Source: Eledone cirrhosa
Taxonomy: Eukaryota
Reading direction: 5' to 3'
Assembly (NCBI GenBank): GCA_964016885.1
Contig: OZ024748.1
Location: 21,948,001-22,012,000, forward strand
DNA length: 64,000 bases
Part shown: positions 1 through 12,600 of the stretch, in pieces
How the letters are laid out: each line of letters opens with the position of its first letter
How positions within the stretch are numbered: position 1 is the first letter of the stretch
The notes under the pieces: model-generated
The model's database searches: none
What the model was told of the DNA's origin: nothing
The model's input: only the letters and a program-made list of their open reading frames with translations
Program-made: the position numbers and the translations under genes

Positions 1-224
1 TTACCTGCTTATTTTTAATGTTATTTATATATATATATTGTAAAATAATTCTGAGCAATATATAATGTTATTTATGTAGATTTAAAACAAAAACACAAGT
101 ATAGGAAAAGGGTCAGTATCCCCCCCCCCCATACATAGAATTCTGGAGACAATTTAAAGTCATAGAAAAATAGGACGTATTCTAACAAAACTAGGTATCA
201 TGTTTGCATTAAGTTAGATACTAC

Positions 225-321
225 CAAGGTTAACTTTGCCTTTCATCCTTACGGGGTCGATAAAATAAAGTACCAGTAATGCACTGGGATAATTGCTGGC
301 CTTGTGCCCAAAGTAGAAACA
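225..321 (+). mobile_element. 5'-truncated tRNA-derived SINE (family A) with 17-bp TSD
   Basis: Core TTAACTTTGCCTTTCATCCTTACGGGGTCGATAAAATAAAGTACCAG...AGAAACA recurs throughout the window; flanked by ATTAAGTTAGATACTAC on both sides. Confidence 0.85.
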
Positions 322-1301
322 ATTAAGTTAGATACTACAGCACCCCTACGACTCCATCAGGTTTACATATACAAATATGGTGGTAGAAGTCCTGCCTCAG
401 CGACAGGCACAGCTAGTTGGTCCCATTTGTATCACCAGGTAACAGTATGTTCCCACACGTCTTCCAGACAGACAGACCACAATAAACCTTGCAAACAGTT
501 CTTCCAATTCCTACAGCTTAATGGAATCTTTTTTTCACGTGAATAAATAAATAAATAAAGCAAGAACATTTTATATGTCAATTGGGACATTTCCACACAA
601 ATAATGATGATTTCAACAGCCTCTATCACTATTAGATTGACGAACAGCATGATGGGAAGGCCAGAAAAAGTCACCATAAAGCTATAAATAACAAGTTATC
701 CGCCAAAACATTATATTCACCAGTTTCACCCTAATGTTAAAGCGGTGAATTCACAGCATTTCTTTTTCTTCTATCATAATTTGGCCAATTAAAAAAAAAG
801 AGAACAAAAAGAATAACAAAATTAGAGGAAAAAGTTGAGGAGGGCACTCCCTAAATTATATCTGACCGTCCCCACTTACCTTGATATTAGATTATATGTA
901 ATTTCCAATTAAACTTTGGCTCGACAACATTCCGATCTCCTCTTCCCTCCTCATGCTGTGCCTAGCGCATCTTGACGATTTGACACCAGTTTAGAATTGC
1001 AGGGGTAATTTTAGGCGTGCTTATGTTTCGATGACCTTTCACACGAAATCAAAAAGGTCAAAGTTACTTTTTTGTTTTGTGAATTATGGTCTGAATTAAA
1101 GTGATGATACTGAGAGTTTAGCATGGTAGAATTAAGAGTAAGTAGTATGTCCTCTCTCCACCACCACAGCCAACCATCGGCGACACTTCAATTTCACATA
1201 CAACCATACATTGTCTCCAAAGAAATTCTGTTGATTTTGTGCAATTCTTTATCTTTTAGAGTATTTTGTAGCTTAACTCTAGATTGTGTGTATGTCTCTA
1301 T

Positions 1302-1570
1302 CTAAGGCGGGTAAAATTCCCGAGATCCATGGACGAGTTCTCTCCAGCGGTCTCTGTCCCTCATTATCGCTGCCATGTCCTGCGTCTCCAACAGACCAGT
1401 GTCTGTCCTTAGGGCATCAACATACGTTAACCTTGGTCTTCCTCTTCTAGTGTGTCCATGTAGGGGCTCCCAAAGGAGCACTGAGTGCAATGTCAACTCT
1501 GGATGTCGGTGAGCATGTCCAGCTAACCCCAGTCTCCTCTGTGTCACTTTTGAGCTGACTTTTGGGATGT
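1302..1570 (-). pseudogene. 3' fragment of an RTE-clade LINE ORF (C-terminal region)
   Basis: Translation RRLGLAGHAHRH...VLLWEPLHGHTRRGRPRLTYVDAL...MRDRDRWRELV matches the typical RTE C-terminal motifs (R.L..AGH..R, W.P...R.RGRP..T..D, DR..W). Confidence 0.8.
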
Positions 1571-1677
1571 ATGGACCCATAACTCCTTGTGAATCGTAGG
1601 GGTGCCGGCGTAATAAACGGCGTGTCTTCGGCAATTTTAAAACCTGGCGGAGCCCATCAGCTCTCCAGGTCTAACCA

Positions 1678-1753
1678 TCTTCTTCTTCTTCTTCTTCTTC
1701 TTCTTCTTCTTCTTCTTCTTCTTCTTCTTCTTCTTCTTCTTCTTCTTCTTCTT
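1678..1753 (+). repeat. (TCT)n trinucleotide microsatellite
   Basis: About 25 perfect TCT units; source of the poly-L and poly-K ORFs. Confidence 0.95.
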
Positions 1754-1779
1754 TGTGAGAGAGAGAGAGAGGAAGGATT

Positions 1780-1905
1780 GTCCCCAGTACTGGACTGGTA
1801 CTTTTTTAACGACCCCGAAAGGATGAAAGGCAAAGTTGACCTTAGATTTTGTACTCAGAAAGCAGAAAGTCAGAACGAATGCCGTAAAACATTCTATCTG
1901 ATGTT
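1780..1905 (-). mobile_element. Degraded family A SINE fragment
   Basis: Reverse-complement core CTGGTACTT...GACCCCGAAAGGATGAAAGGCAAAGTTGACC. Confidence 0.7.
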
Positions 1906-2107
1906 CCAATTCGAACTCTGGGCCCACGAGGGGGCTTGTGACTAGGTTTCTGCACGATAATGAGTGTCCTCTCATACTTTCCGGACTCATATAATTGATG
2001 TAGCGATGACTGAGTATTCATTCTCATGTTTTGTGTACTGTAGAAAATGAAAAATAAATTGCTATATATATTTAATCAAAGAATAACTACAATCTATTAT
2101 TTCTTCA

Positions 2108-2409
2108 TCCCGCCGAGGTTAACTTTGCCTTTCATCCTTACGGGGTCGATACAATAAAGTACCAGTAATGCACTGGGTAATTGCTGGCCTTGTGTCTAAC
2201 GTAGAAACAATTATTTCTTCAGACGGTGGATTGCCCGTATCGGTAAATGGTCGGACGCCATGCTTTGCAGCATAGAGTTACGGCCCTTTATGGTCTGAGT
2301 TCAAATCCCGCCGAGGTTAACTTTGCTTTTCATCTTTACGGGGTGGATAAAATAAAGTACCAGTAATACACTGGGATAATTGCGGGCCTTGTGCCAAAAG
2401 TAGAAACAA
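2108..2409 (+). mobile_element. Two tandem family A SINEs (truncated 2108-2209, full-length 2223-2409)
   Basis: Pol III B-box-like GAGTTCAAATCC plus core; target ATTATTTCTTCA occurs three times (about 2096, 2210, 2409). Confidence 0.85.
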
Positions 2410-2629
2410 TTATTTCTTCAGATCTTTTTTCTTATGTATTCTGCACTTACATAATATTTTCTGCTTTATTGAGTAATTTTGGAGTCTCCTGGGAAGGTTT
2501 GATCCTGTATTGCAAAAGATCAAAACAAAAAAAATCTCAGTCTCGGATTTCAATGTTACACTTTTCAACCAGTGACGTGATTTTTCTTTGTTTATTTCCA
2601 CTTACCCCCCCCCCCCCCATATATACACC

Positions 2630-2797
2630 CAGTGCCAGATTTAGGACAAATGAGGCCCTGTGCTAGTTAAGTTATGAGGGCCACAAACATTTGAAAAATT
2701 CATCGTAAAAAAATTATTTTGGCAGGAAGATGGGCTCCCCTGGCCAACGGGGCCCTGTGATTAAGCACACCTAATCACAATGGTAAATTCTGCACTG
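2630..2797. mobile_element. Short hAT-like MITE
   Basis: Imperfect TIRs CAGTGCCAGATTTA / TAAATTCTGCACTG and internal GGCCC subterminal motifs; no clear TSD. Confidence 0.5.
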
Positions 2798-3138
2798 CCC
2801 CCACTCCTAGTATTAGTTATACGTGAGGTTTTCTCGCCTTTACTTTATCTTGGTATTCTGCAGTCCGACGTTTAGCTTAGTAACGGCAGGAGTCACAATG
2901 AAACACGTGTAAGGGGCACGGGTGATAAAGTTAAGGGTGTCAATGAAGATGTATTTAGTTGTCTCGTCGTTTCTTCTGGTGAACGTTCAATTCCGGTATT
3001 ATGGTTGACGTATAAGTGTTTTTTGGCCTTGCATTGCTACCAGAAAACATTAACAGTCGGTAATAAACTCTTCACACATAGTTGTATGGTTGTAGAGTGG
3101 CATGTTGATCAACAGACTAAACCCATTACAGTATTTAG

Positions 3139-3229
3139 TTGACTTTGCCTTTCATCCTTACGGGGTCGATAAAATAAAGTACCAGTAATGCACTGGATAA
3201 TTGCTGGCCTTGTGCCTAAAGTAGAAACA
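3139..3229 (+). mobile_element. Truncated family A SINE with 12-bp TSD
   Basis: Core sequence flanked by AGTATTTAGTTG twice. Confidence 0.85.
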
Positions 3230-3674
3230 AGTATTTAGTTGTATATTTTCATGCCCTAATTTCAAATTCCACCAGAGTTGGTTCCGTTCCTCCTCATGCT
3301 TCTGTCAGTGTCAATAACAGCCGTCGAGGATGTGTACTGAAATAGACTTGGTCGAATGTATCTCTCCCTTAGAAATTTGTGGTTTGCGCTGTTATAATAA
3401 ATCCTTATTATTTGTATTAATATTTTACAGTATGAAGGTCCTTCATACATTTGCCACGTAAAGTAGCGACGTCTATAAAGTGAAATCAATCCACTCGAGC
3501 AACAAAAGCCGACAGCTGATATGACTCACTGAAATTTGACTGCTACTCTTAAAACTAACTAAAGTGTCTGCAAATATTGATTTCCTTGCAGATCACATAG
3601 ACAGTAAAATGAATTTCTGTTTTGTTTATACCTTCCTAAGTGAGTTAGAGGTGTAAACCTGCAATCAACACCGT

Positions 3675-4260
3675 GATGTCTGCTCAACAGGTTGCGTCTT
3701 ACATCTCACTCAAAACTGATCATCTGCTCAACAGGTTGCGTCTTAAGTCTCACTCAAAACTGATCATCTGCTCAACAGGTTGCGTCTTAAATCTCACTAA
3801 AAAAATGACCGACCACGTGCTCAACAGGTTACGTCCTAAGTCTCACTCAAGACTGACCACGTGCACAACAGGTTGCGTCTTAAGTCTTACTCAAAACTGA
3901 CACGTGCTCAACAGGTTACGTCCTAAGTCTCACTCAAAACTGACCATGTGCACAACAGGTTGCGTCTTAAGTCTCACTCAAAACTGACCACGTGTTCAAC
4001 AGATTGCGTCTTAAGTCTCACTCAGAACTGACCACGAGCTCTACCTATTACGGCTTAAGTCTTACTCAATACTGACTGCGGGCTCCAGAGAGTGTGGCTT
4101 AAGTCTTACTCAGTACTGACCACGTGCTCAACAGAGTGTGGCTTAAGTCTTACTCAGTACCGACTGTTGGCTCCAGAGAGTGTGGCTGAAGTCTTACTCA
4201 GTAGTGACCACATGCTCAACAGATTTCGGCTTAAGCCACACTCAATACTAACTGCCACAT
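3675..4260 (+). repeat. Diverged 44-bp minisatellite, about 13 copies
   Basis: Unit TGCTCAACAGGTTGCGTCTTAAGTCTCACTCAAAACTGACCACG; divergence increases toward the 3' end. Confidence 0.9.
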
Positions 4261-4457
4261 GGTTGAATAATTGTGTTTGTGACCACACAAAACACCCTGA
4301 TACGTTTGACAACACACAATGCTCTAAATGAAGCGACGATTTGGAACATTGTCTTGCTCAGACGTCTCATAAAGGTCATTTAACGGCGTAAATTGAAGCT
4401 ACATTCCATTTTCCACATGCCAGTGTTTATCTCTTGTATTATATCTTTCGGAGTGAA

Positions 4458-4678
4458 AGGGCGGTGGATTGGCAGTATCGGTAGAGGGTTGGACGCCATG
4501 TTTTGCAGCAGAGAGTTACGGCCCTTTATGATCTGAGTTCAAATCCCGCTGAGGTTCACTTTGCCTTTCATCCTTACGGGGTCGATAAAATAAAGTACCA
4601 GTCATGCACTGGGGTCGATTTAATCGATTTTCCCCTCCCCTTAGACAATTGCTGACCTTGTCCCTATATAAGAAACCA
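4458..4678 (+). mobile_element. Full-length family A SINE with 20-bp TSD
   Basis: A-box-like TGGCAGTATCGG, B-box-like GAGTTCAAATCC, core, and TSD ATTATATCTTTCGGAGTGAA at about 4438 and 4678. Confidence 0.9.
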
Positions 4679-4697
4679 TTATATCTTTCGGAGTGAA

Positions 4698-5005
4698 GGC
4701 ACGTGGCTAAGTAGTTAGGGTGTTCAGCACATGATTTTAACGGCGTAACTTTGATTTTCGGCGAGGTGTTGTTTCCTTGAGCAAGACGCTTTATTTCACG
4801 TTGCTCTAGTTAACTGAACTAGCAAACATAGGTTGTACCTGTAATTCAAAGAGTCAGCCTTGCCACGCACTGAATCTCCCTTAGAATAACATTAACGGTG
4901 CACGTGTCTGTGGAATGATTAGCCACTTTCACTTTGATTTCACGAGCAGTCTTTTCTGTTCGGTTCGAACAACTGGAACCCTTACCGTCGGGATCGACGG
5001 AGGTC
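4698..5005 (+). mobile_element. Family B tRNA-derived SINE (degraded)
   Basis: TGGCT..GT.GTTAG head, CCTTGAGCAAG, CACGTGTCTGTGGA and CAACTGGAACC motifs shared with copies at 7600, 15485, 32150 and 53925. Confidence 0.7.
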
Positions 5006-5497
5006 AGGAGAAAAAGAAGAAAAAGAAAAAGAAGAATGTCATTTGGCACATTATCGAATAAGATTATCGATTTCAGCTGAGTTTTCTCTGGCTTGGCGTC
5101 TGTTGGGAAAGGACAAAGGTGGGGGTGAATTGATGTCTGCAGATATTGGTGGTCGGCATGGTGGAAATTATTGTGGGGTGGGGTTTTTGGTGATGGTGGG
5201 GATGGTAAAGAATTTGTATTAATGTAGAGAGGTGGGTGAAGATGGTTGGGATCGGTGCAGGGGGAGTGAATAAGTGGTAATAGTGATGATAGAAGTGTTG
5301 ACAGGCGTAGTGCAGTAGTGGTCGGCAAGTGTTGATGGCAAGGCGTGGTTAGTTGCAGCTGACAAGTTGCCGGCAATTTCACGTTGCACAAACATGGCAA
5401 TGCAACACTTTATTAAAAGCAAAAGGTCAACTGCAAATAAAAGGTCATAGACATACACACACATATACACACACATTTATGCCCGTACACACACACA

Positions 5498-5499
<2 letters not shown>

Positions 5500-5535
<36 letters not shown>

Positions 5536-5571
5536 TATATGTAAATATATATATATGTAATTATATGTGTG

Positions 5572-5620
<49 letters not shown>

Positions 5621-5621
5621 G

Positions 5622-5653
<32 letters not shown>

Positions 5654-5655
5654 CG

Positions 5656-5689
<34 letters not shown>

Positions 5690-5753
5690 CGTATGTGTGT
5701 ATATATATATATATGTGTGTATATATATATATGTATGTATATATATATACGTA

Positions 5754-5814
<61 letters not shown>

Positions 5815-5843
5815 ATATATATATATACGTATGTGTGTGCCTA

Positions 5844-5915
<72 letters not shown>

Positions 5916-5950
5916 CGTATGTGTGTGTATATATATATGTATATATATAT
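5500..5950. repeat. Interrupted (TA)n microsatellite
   Basis: TA runs interrupted by CGTATGTG. Confidence 0.95.
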
Positions 5951-6109
5951 AGTAATAATAATAAAATTGAAGACTAAAATCCAAAGACAGCTCGATAAGG
6001 AAAATATATATCAAATATATAAGAACCGTAGAGCAAATATTTATTAAAATAACAGATTAAAGTTTAAGCAAAGAATCGCTGCTTTCACCCTTAACGGGAT
6101 CTTCTGAAA

Positions 6110-6940
6110 CTAACAAAGCCAATCTGTAAACGCAGAACTGGATAGGAGAAGTGGTAAAGTGATGGAGGAGTAGTAATTGTTGATGTCGAATTGGATAAAA
6201 CGGCAATGTTCCTTGTTACATATGCCGTTGAACCAATCAATCACCGCGAAAGAATTGTTCCACAGTGCGAGAGGGGCCAAACTTCTAATTTCAGGTATAA
6301 TTCTATCAAGAATCGTTTTACTAAGTCTACCTAAATCGGACTTCGTAGGGTTAATAAGCCGAATAGAGGGGTTGTTCGGAAAATTTGATTTGTGATCCTT
6401 CAGGGTAAAGTGGGGAGAGATAGGGTCCAGAGGTTCGGTCCGGTCCAGGATGTTGAGATCAGATGTGATTTTAAACCCAGCATCGTTGATTTCATTGATG
6501 ACGCACCGATTAGTTTTACGGTAATCCTTAGTTACAGCATTATGTAGTAGTTGATGGTAAGTACTGCGCTCCACTTGATATAGGTTGCCAGTTTTGTCGG
6601 AATGAACGTGCACGGCGTTAGAATCCTTAATAGAACGAATTCTATTCTTCAGGTCTTGCTGGAAGGAATTGCTCCTATTCCGAAATTTGATATTCCGAAT
6701 GAGTTCCAAGACATCATTTTCGAAGGGTAGCAATGCTGGGTTCCACGGAGGGTTATTATAGGTTTTAAATCCAAATTTATCCTGTTTGTTGTCTGCTTTT
6801 CGCGGATTATCGAAATAAAAGGCACGCCAACGCAACCTTTTAATGAACGCGTCTGTTTTCTGTATCAGGAGATTTAGGTATGTTTTCCTGCTTGGTACGG
6901 GTATGTTCTTTGTAGAAATATTCAGATGTTGTTTCTGCAT
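6110..6940 (-). pseudogene. PLE reverse transcriptase, N-terminal part truncated after motif A
   Basis: STKNIPVPS...FIKRLRWRAFYF N-terminus, SDKTGNLY (DKG-like), IRLINP, FIQFDINNYYSSI (first catalytic Asp); no YxDD; runs into the pLTR at 6144. Confidence 0.85.
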
Positions 6941-7093
6941 GATGAATATAAGTCAGTAGAGTGCTCAACCGAAGGAGCCAAATAGTAATAATAATAAAAT
7001 TGAAGACTAAAATCCAAAGAGGGCTCGATAAGGAAAATATATATCAAATATATAAGAACCGTAGAGCAAATATTTATTAAAATAACAGATTAA

Positions 7094-7144
7094 AGTTTAA
7101 GCAAAGAATCGCTGCTTTCACCCTTAACGGGATCTTCTGAAACT
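7094..7144 (-). ncRNA. Non-canonical hammerhead-like motif in the pLTR (second copy 6061-6111)
   Basis: AGUUU-CAGAAGA-U CCC guuaa GGG U-GAAA-GCA...UGC-UU-AAACU; stems I, II and III form but the core has U4>A. Confidence 0.45.
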
Positions 7145-7599
7145 AACAAAGCCAATCTGTAAACGCAGAACTGGATATTTCAAAAAACGTTGCACCCGGA
7201 GGAAGACAGGAAGACGATACTTTGGTTCATGGTGACGTTCGCTGGCAAAGAACGGGAAAAAACGAATAATACGTCATTAATAGGAGCGGTGAAAAACAAT
7301 TACGCGCAAAGACAGAACCACGTTTATGGTATAAAAGAGGTCGTAGACTAATGTTCTCTTAGGTGGTGCATAGAGACGTTCTCTGGCAATGAACGAAAAA
7401 AACGAAGATAATAAGTCATTTGTACATTAAGGCTACACGTGTCTGTGGAAGACTACCAGTTACTGTAGTTAGCTGCGTTGATTCACCAACTGTAATATTT
7501 ATTGTTGAAACCGACATTAGATAGAAGTATATTGTTTGTTATATCAGGACATAAAGGTAAATGCAGATAAATACACTCGTCTGTATTTATAATAAAGAA

Positions 7600-8475
7600 T
7601 GGACCTCTGTCGGTTTCGACGATACTAAAGTTGTTCGCTTAACGGAACAACCTTCTCATGAAGTTAACGAGATATTCACAGACACGTGTCACCTTAACGT
7701 AGCTCTTAATGCGATTCAGCGTAACACTGTGTGACATGGCTGGTCAATTGAATTACATGTATAGTCCATCAGTTGACTAATTGAATGACAGATACAGTCC
7801 ATCAACTGACCAATTGAATAACAGATACAGTCCATCAACTGACCAATTGAATGACAGATACAGTCCATCAACTGACCAATTGAATGACAGATACAGTCCA
7901 TCAACTGACCAATTGAATGACAGATACAGTCCATCAACTGACCAATTGAATGACAGATACAGTCCACCAGTTGACCAATTGAATGACAGATACAGTCCAT
8001 CAGTTGACCAATTGAATGACAGATACAGTCCATCAGTTGACCAATTGAATGACAGATACAGTCCATCAACTGACCAATTGAATGACAGATACAGTCCATC
8101 AGTTGACCAATTGAATGACAGATACAGTCCATCAACTGACCAATTGAATGACAGATACAGTCCATCAACTGACCAATTGAATGACAGATACAGTCCATCA
8201 ACTGACCAATTGAATGACAGATACAGTCCATCAACTGACCAATTGAATGACAGATACAGTCCATCAGTTGACCAATTGAATGACAGATACAGTCCACCAG
8301 TTGACCAATTGAATGACAGATACAGTCCATCGAACTGACTTCAAATAGTTCCCGCCATTTTCCCTCACATTAGCCAATCAGAGACTCTGGTGAATGACTC
8401 CCAAGATGCAACACTCTGTGATCGAACCCAAGACCGGATGATTGCAAAGCGAACTTCATAACAATTCGGCCACGC
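7600..8475 (-). mobile_element. Family B SINE split by an internal 33-bp tandem amplification
   Basis: SINE body at 7600-7770 and tRNA-like head (GATCGAACCC...CGGCCACGC) at 8400-8475. Confidence 0.6.
7770..8338 (+). repeat. 33-bp minisatellite, about 17 copies
   Basis: Unit CCAATTGAATGACAGATACAGTCCATCAACTGA. Confidence 0.95.
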
Positions 8476-8479
8476 TGCT

Positions 8480-9473
8480 TACACTCATATTCACACTCAC
8501 ATTCACACTCACTCACAGTCACTCACACTCGCTCACACTTACTCACACTCATTCACACACACTCCCACTCACTCACACTCGCTCTTACTCTCACTCACTC
8601 ATACTCACTCGCACTCACTCACACTCACTCACACTCGCCACACACTCACTCACACTCACGCACACACACATTCACACCCACTCACGCACACACACTCACA
8701 GTCAGTCACTTTCACATCACACTCACTCACACTCACACTCACACACACTCACACCCACATTCACATTCACTCACATTCACCACACTCACTCACACTCACT
8801 CACACTCACTCACACTCACTCACTCTCACTCACTCACACCCACATTCACACTCACTCACAGTCACTCACACTCACTCACACTCACTCACACTCATTCACA
8901 CTTACTCACACTCACTCACTCACACTCACATTCACTCACACTCACTCACACTCATTCACACTCACTCACACTCACATTCACTCACTCTCACTCACACTCA
9001 CTCACACTCACACCCACATTCACACTCACTCACAGTCACTCACACTCACTCACACTCATTCACACTCACACTCACTCACTCACTCACTCACTCACTCACT
9101 CACACTCACACTCACTACCAAACTATTCCGTTGATTGAAAGGCTGGAACAATCATCGTTGAAACCAATAGAGGTCCATTCCGCCCGTGTGTGAGTGTGTG
9201 TGTATATGTATGTATGTGTGTATGTATATGTGTGTGTATATATGTGTGTGTGTATGTATGTGTATGTGTGTATATATCTGTGTTTGTATGTGTGTATGTG
9301 TATCTGAGTGTATGTATGTGTGTATCTGTGTGTATGTGCCTGTCTGTATGTACGTATGTGTATGTGTTTGTATATGTGTGTATGTATATGTACGTGTATA
9401 TACATGCATGCGTGTGTACGCGTATGTGCATATGTATATGTGTGTATATGAGTGTGTATGTATATGTATGTGT
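8480..9473. repeat. (CACT/CA)n then (TG/TATG)n low-complexity tracts
   Basis: Visible simple repeats. Confidence 0.9.
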
Positions 9474-9650
9474 GCAAAATTAATTAAATATATAAGGTAT
9501 CAGTCGGCTGAAGAGTCAACATTTGAAGGAATTAATGGCAATGGCATTTGTCACAGACAAACTTGGCAAAAGAGTTGTTGACACAAACCTGTTATCTGGT
9601 GACAAGATGTTATAATTACTTATAAGAGTTGATTGTCTGATAGTTTTAAG

Positions 9651-12600
9651 GAAACAATGTCTCTATTGGTCTTTCCATTGCTGATACTATCCGTCAGTCA
9701 CAACCCCTGGCAAAAGAAAGGGGCTGATTATCAGCTCAGACCAAAGAAACAATGTTTCCACTGGTCTTTCCATTGCTGATACTATCTGACGGTCACAACT
9801 CTTTGCAGAAGAAAGGAGCTGAACATCAGATCAGACCAAATAAACAATGTTTCCACTGGTCTTTCCATTGCTGATACTATCTGACGGTCACAACTCTTTG
9901 CAGAAGAAAGGAGCTGAACATCATCTCAGACCAAAGAAACAATGTTTCCACTGGTCTTTCCATTGCTGATACTATCTGACGGTAACAACTCTTTGCAGAA
10001 GAAAGGAGCTGAACATCAGATCAGACCAAATAAACAATGTTTCCACTGGTCTTTCCATTGCTGATACTATCTGACGGTCACAACTCTTTGCAGAAGAAAG
10101 GAGCTGAACATCAGATCAGAGCAAATAAACAATGTTTCCATTGGTCTTTCCATTGCTGATACTATCTGACGGTCACAACTCTTGGCAGAAGAAAGGAGCT
10201 GAACATCAGATCAGAGCAAATAAACAATGTTTCCATTGGTCTTTCCATTGCTGATACTATCTGACGGTCACAACTCTTTGCAGAAGAAAGGAGCTGAACA
10301 TCAGATCAGACCAAATAAACAATGTTTCCACTGGTCTTTCCATTGCTGATACTATCTGACGGTCACAACTCTTTGCAGAAGAAAGGAGCTGAACATCAGA
10401 TCAGAGCAAATAAACAATGTTTCCACTGGTCTTTCCATTGCTGATACTATCTGACGGTCACAACTCTTTGCAGAAGAAAGGAGCTGAACATCAGATCAGA
10501 GCAAATAAACAATGTTTCCACTGGTCTTTCCATTGCTGATACTATCTGACGGTCACAACTCTTGGCAGAAGAAAGGAGCTGAACATCAGATCAGACCAAA
10601 TAAACAATGTTTCCATTGGTCTTTCCATTGCTGATACTATCTGACGGTCACAACTCTTTGCAGAAGAAAGGAGCTGAACATCAGATCAGACCAAATAAAC
10701 AATGTTTCCACTGGTCTTTCCATTGCTGATACTATCTGACGGTCACAACTCTTGGCAGAAGAAAGGAGCTGAACATCAGATCAGACCAAATAAACAATGT
10801 TTCCATTGGTCTTTCCATTGCTGATACTATCTGACGGTCACAACTCTTTGCAGAAGAAAGGAGCTGAACATCAGATCAGACCAAATAAACAATGTTTCCA
10901 CTGGTCTTTCCATTGCTGATACTATCTGACGGCCACAACTCTTGGCAGAAGAAAGGAGCTGAACATCAGATCAGACCAAATAAACAATGTTTCCACTGGT
11001 CTTTCCATTGCTGATACTATCTGACGGCCACAACTCTTGGCAGAAGAAAGGAGCTGAACATCAGATCAGAGCAAATAAACAATGTTTCCACTGGTCTTTC
11101 CATTGCTGATACTATCTGACGGTCACAACTCTTGGCAGAAGAAAGGAGCTGAACATCAGATCAGAGCAAATAAACAATGTTTCCACTGGTCTTTCCATTG
11201 CTGATACTATCTGACGGTCACAACTCTTTGCAGAAGAAAGGAGCTGAACATCAGATCAGAGCAAATAAACAATGTTTCCATTCGTCTTTCCATTGCTGAT
11301 ACTATCTGACGGTCACAACTCTTGGCAGAAGAAAGGAGCTGAACATCAGATCAGAGCAAATAAACAATGTTTCCACTGGTCTTTCCATTGCTGATACTAT
11401 CTGACGGTCACAACTCTTTGCAGAAGAAAGGAGCTGAACATCAGATCAGAGCAAATAAACAATGTTTCCACTGGTCTTTCCATTGCTGATACTATCTGAC
11501 GGTCACAACTCTTTGCAGAAGAAAGGAGCTGAACATCAGATCAGAGCAAATAAACAATGTTTCCACTGGTCTTTCCATTGCTGATACTATCTGACGGTCA
11601 CAACTCTTGGCAGAAGAAAGGAGCTGAACATCAGATCAGACCAAATAAACAATGTTTCCACTGGTCTTTCCATTGCTGATACTATCTGACGGTCACAACT
11701 CTTGGCAGAAGAAAGGAGCTGAACATCAGATCAGACCAAATAAACAATGTTTCCACTGGTCTTTCCATTGCTGATACTACCTGACGGTCACAACTCTTGG
11801 CAGAAGAAAGGAGCTGAACATCAGATCAGACCAAATAAACAATGTTTCCACTGGTCTTTCCATTGCTGATACTATCTGACGGTCACAACACTTTGCAGAA
11901 GAAAGGAGCTGAACATCAGATCAGAGCAAATAAACAATGTTTCCACTGGTCTTTCCATTGCTGATACTATCTGACGGTCACAACTCTTTGCAGAAGAAAG
12001 GAGCTGAACATCAGATCAGACCAAATAAACAATGTTTCCACTGGTCTTTCCATTGCTGATACTATCTGACGGTCACAACACTTTGCAGAAGAAAGGAGCT
12101 GAACATCAGATCAGAGCAAATAAACAATGTTTCCACTGGTCTTTCCATTGCTGATACTATCTGACGGTCACAACTCTTGGCAGAAGAAAGGAGCTGAACA
12201 TCAGATCAGACCAAATAAACAATGTTTCCACTGGTCTTTCCATTGCTGATACTATCTGACGGTCACAACACTTTGCAGAAGAAAGGAGCTGAACATCAGA
12301 TCAGAGCAAATAAACAATGTTTCCACTGGTCTTTCCATTGCTGATACTATCTGACGGTCACAACTCTTGGCAGAAGAAAGGAGCTGAACATCAGATCAGA
12401 CCAAATAAACAATGTTTCCACTGGTCTTTCCATTGCTGATACTATCTGACGGTCACAACTCTTGGCAGAAGAAAGGAGCTGAACATCAGATCAGACCAAA
12501 TAAACAATGTTTCCATTCGTCTTTCCATTGCTGATACTATCTGACGGTCACAACTCTTGGCAGAAGAAAGGAGCTGAACATCAGATCAGAGCAAATAAAC

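Larger units (their letters stand above)
5951..7177 (-). mobile_element. Internally deleted Penelope-like element with direct pseudo-LTRs (5951-6144 and 6984-7177)
   Basis: Near-identical 194-bp direct repeats (offset 1033) flank an RT N-terminal ORF; abuts (TA)n. Confidence 0.85.

Noticed and set aside
4458-4550. tRNA genes
   Set aside because: A- and B-box sequences are SINE heads continuing into the SINE core; no full cloverleaf was seen.
7716-8338. Cys/His repeat protein (MDCICHSIGQL)n
   Set aside because: Open on both strands only because the unit is 33 bp; the array lies inside a SINE.
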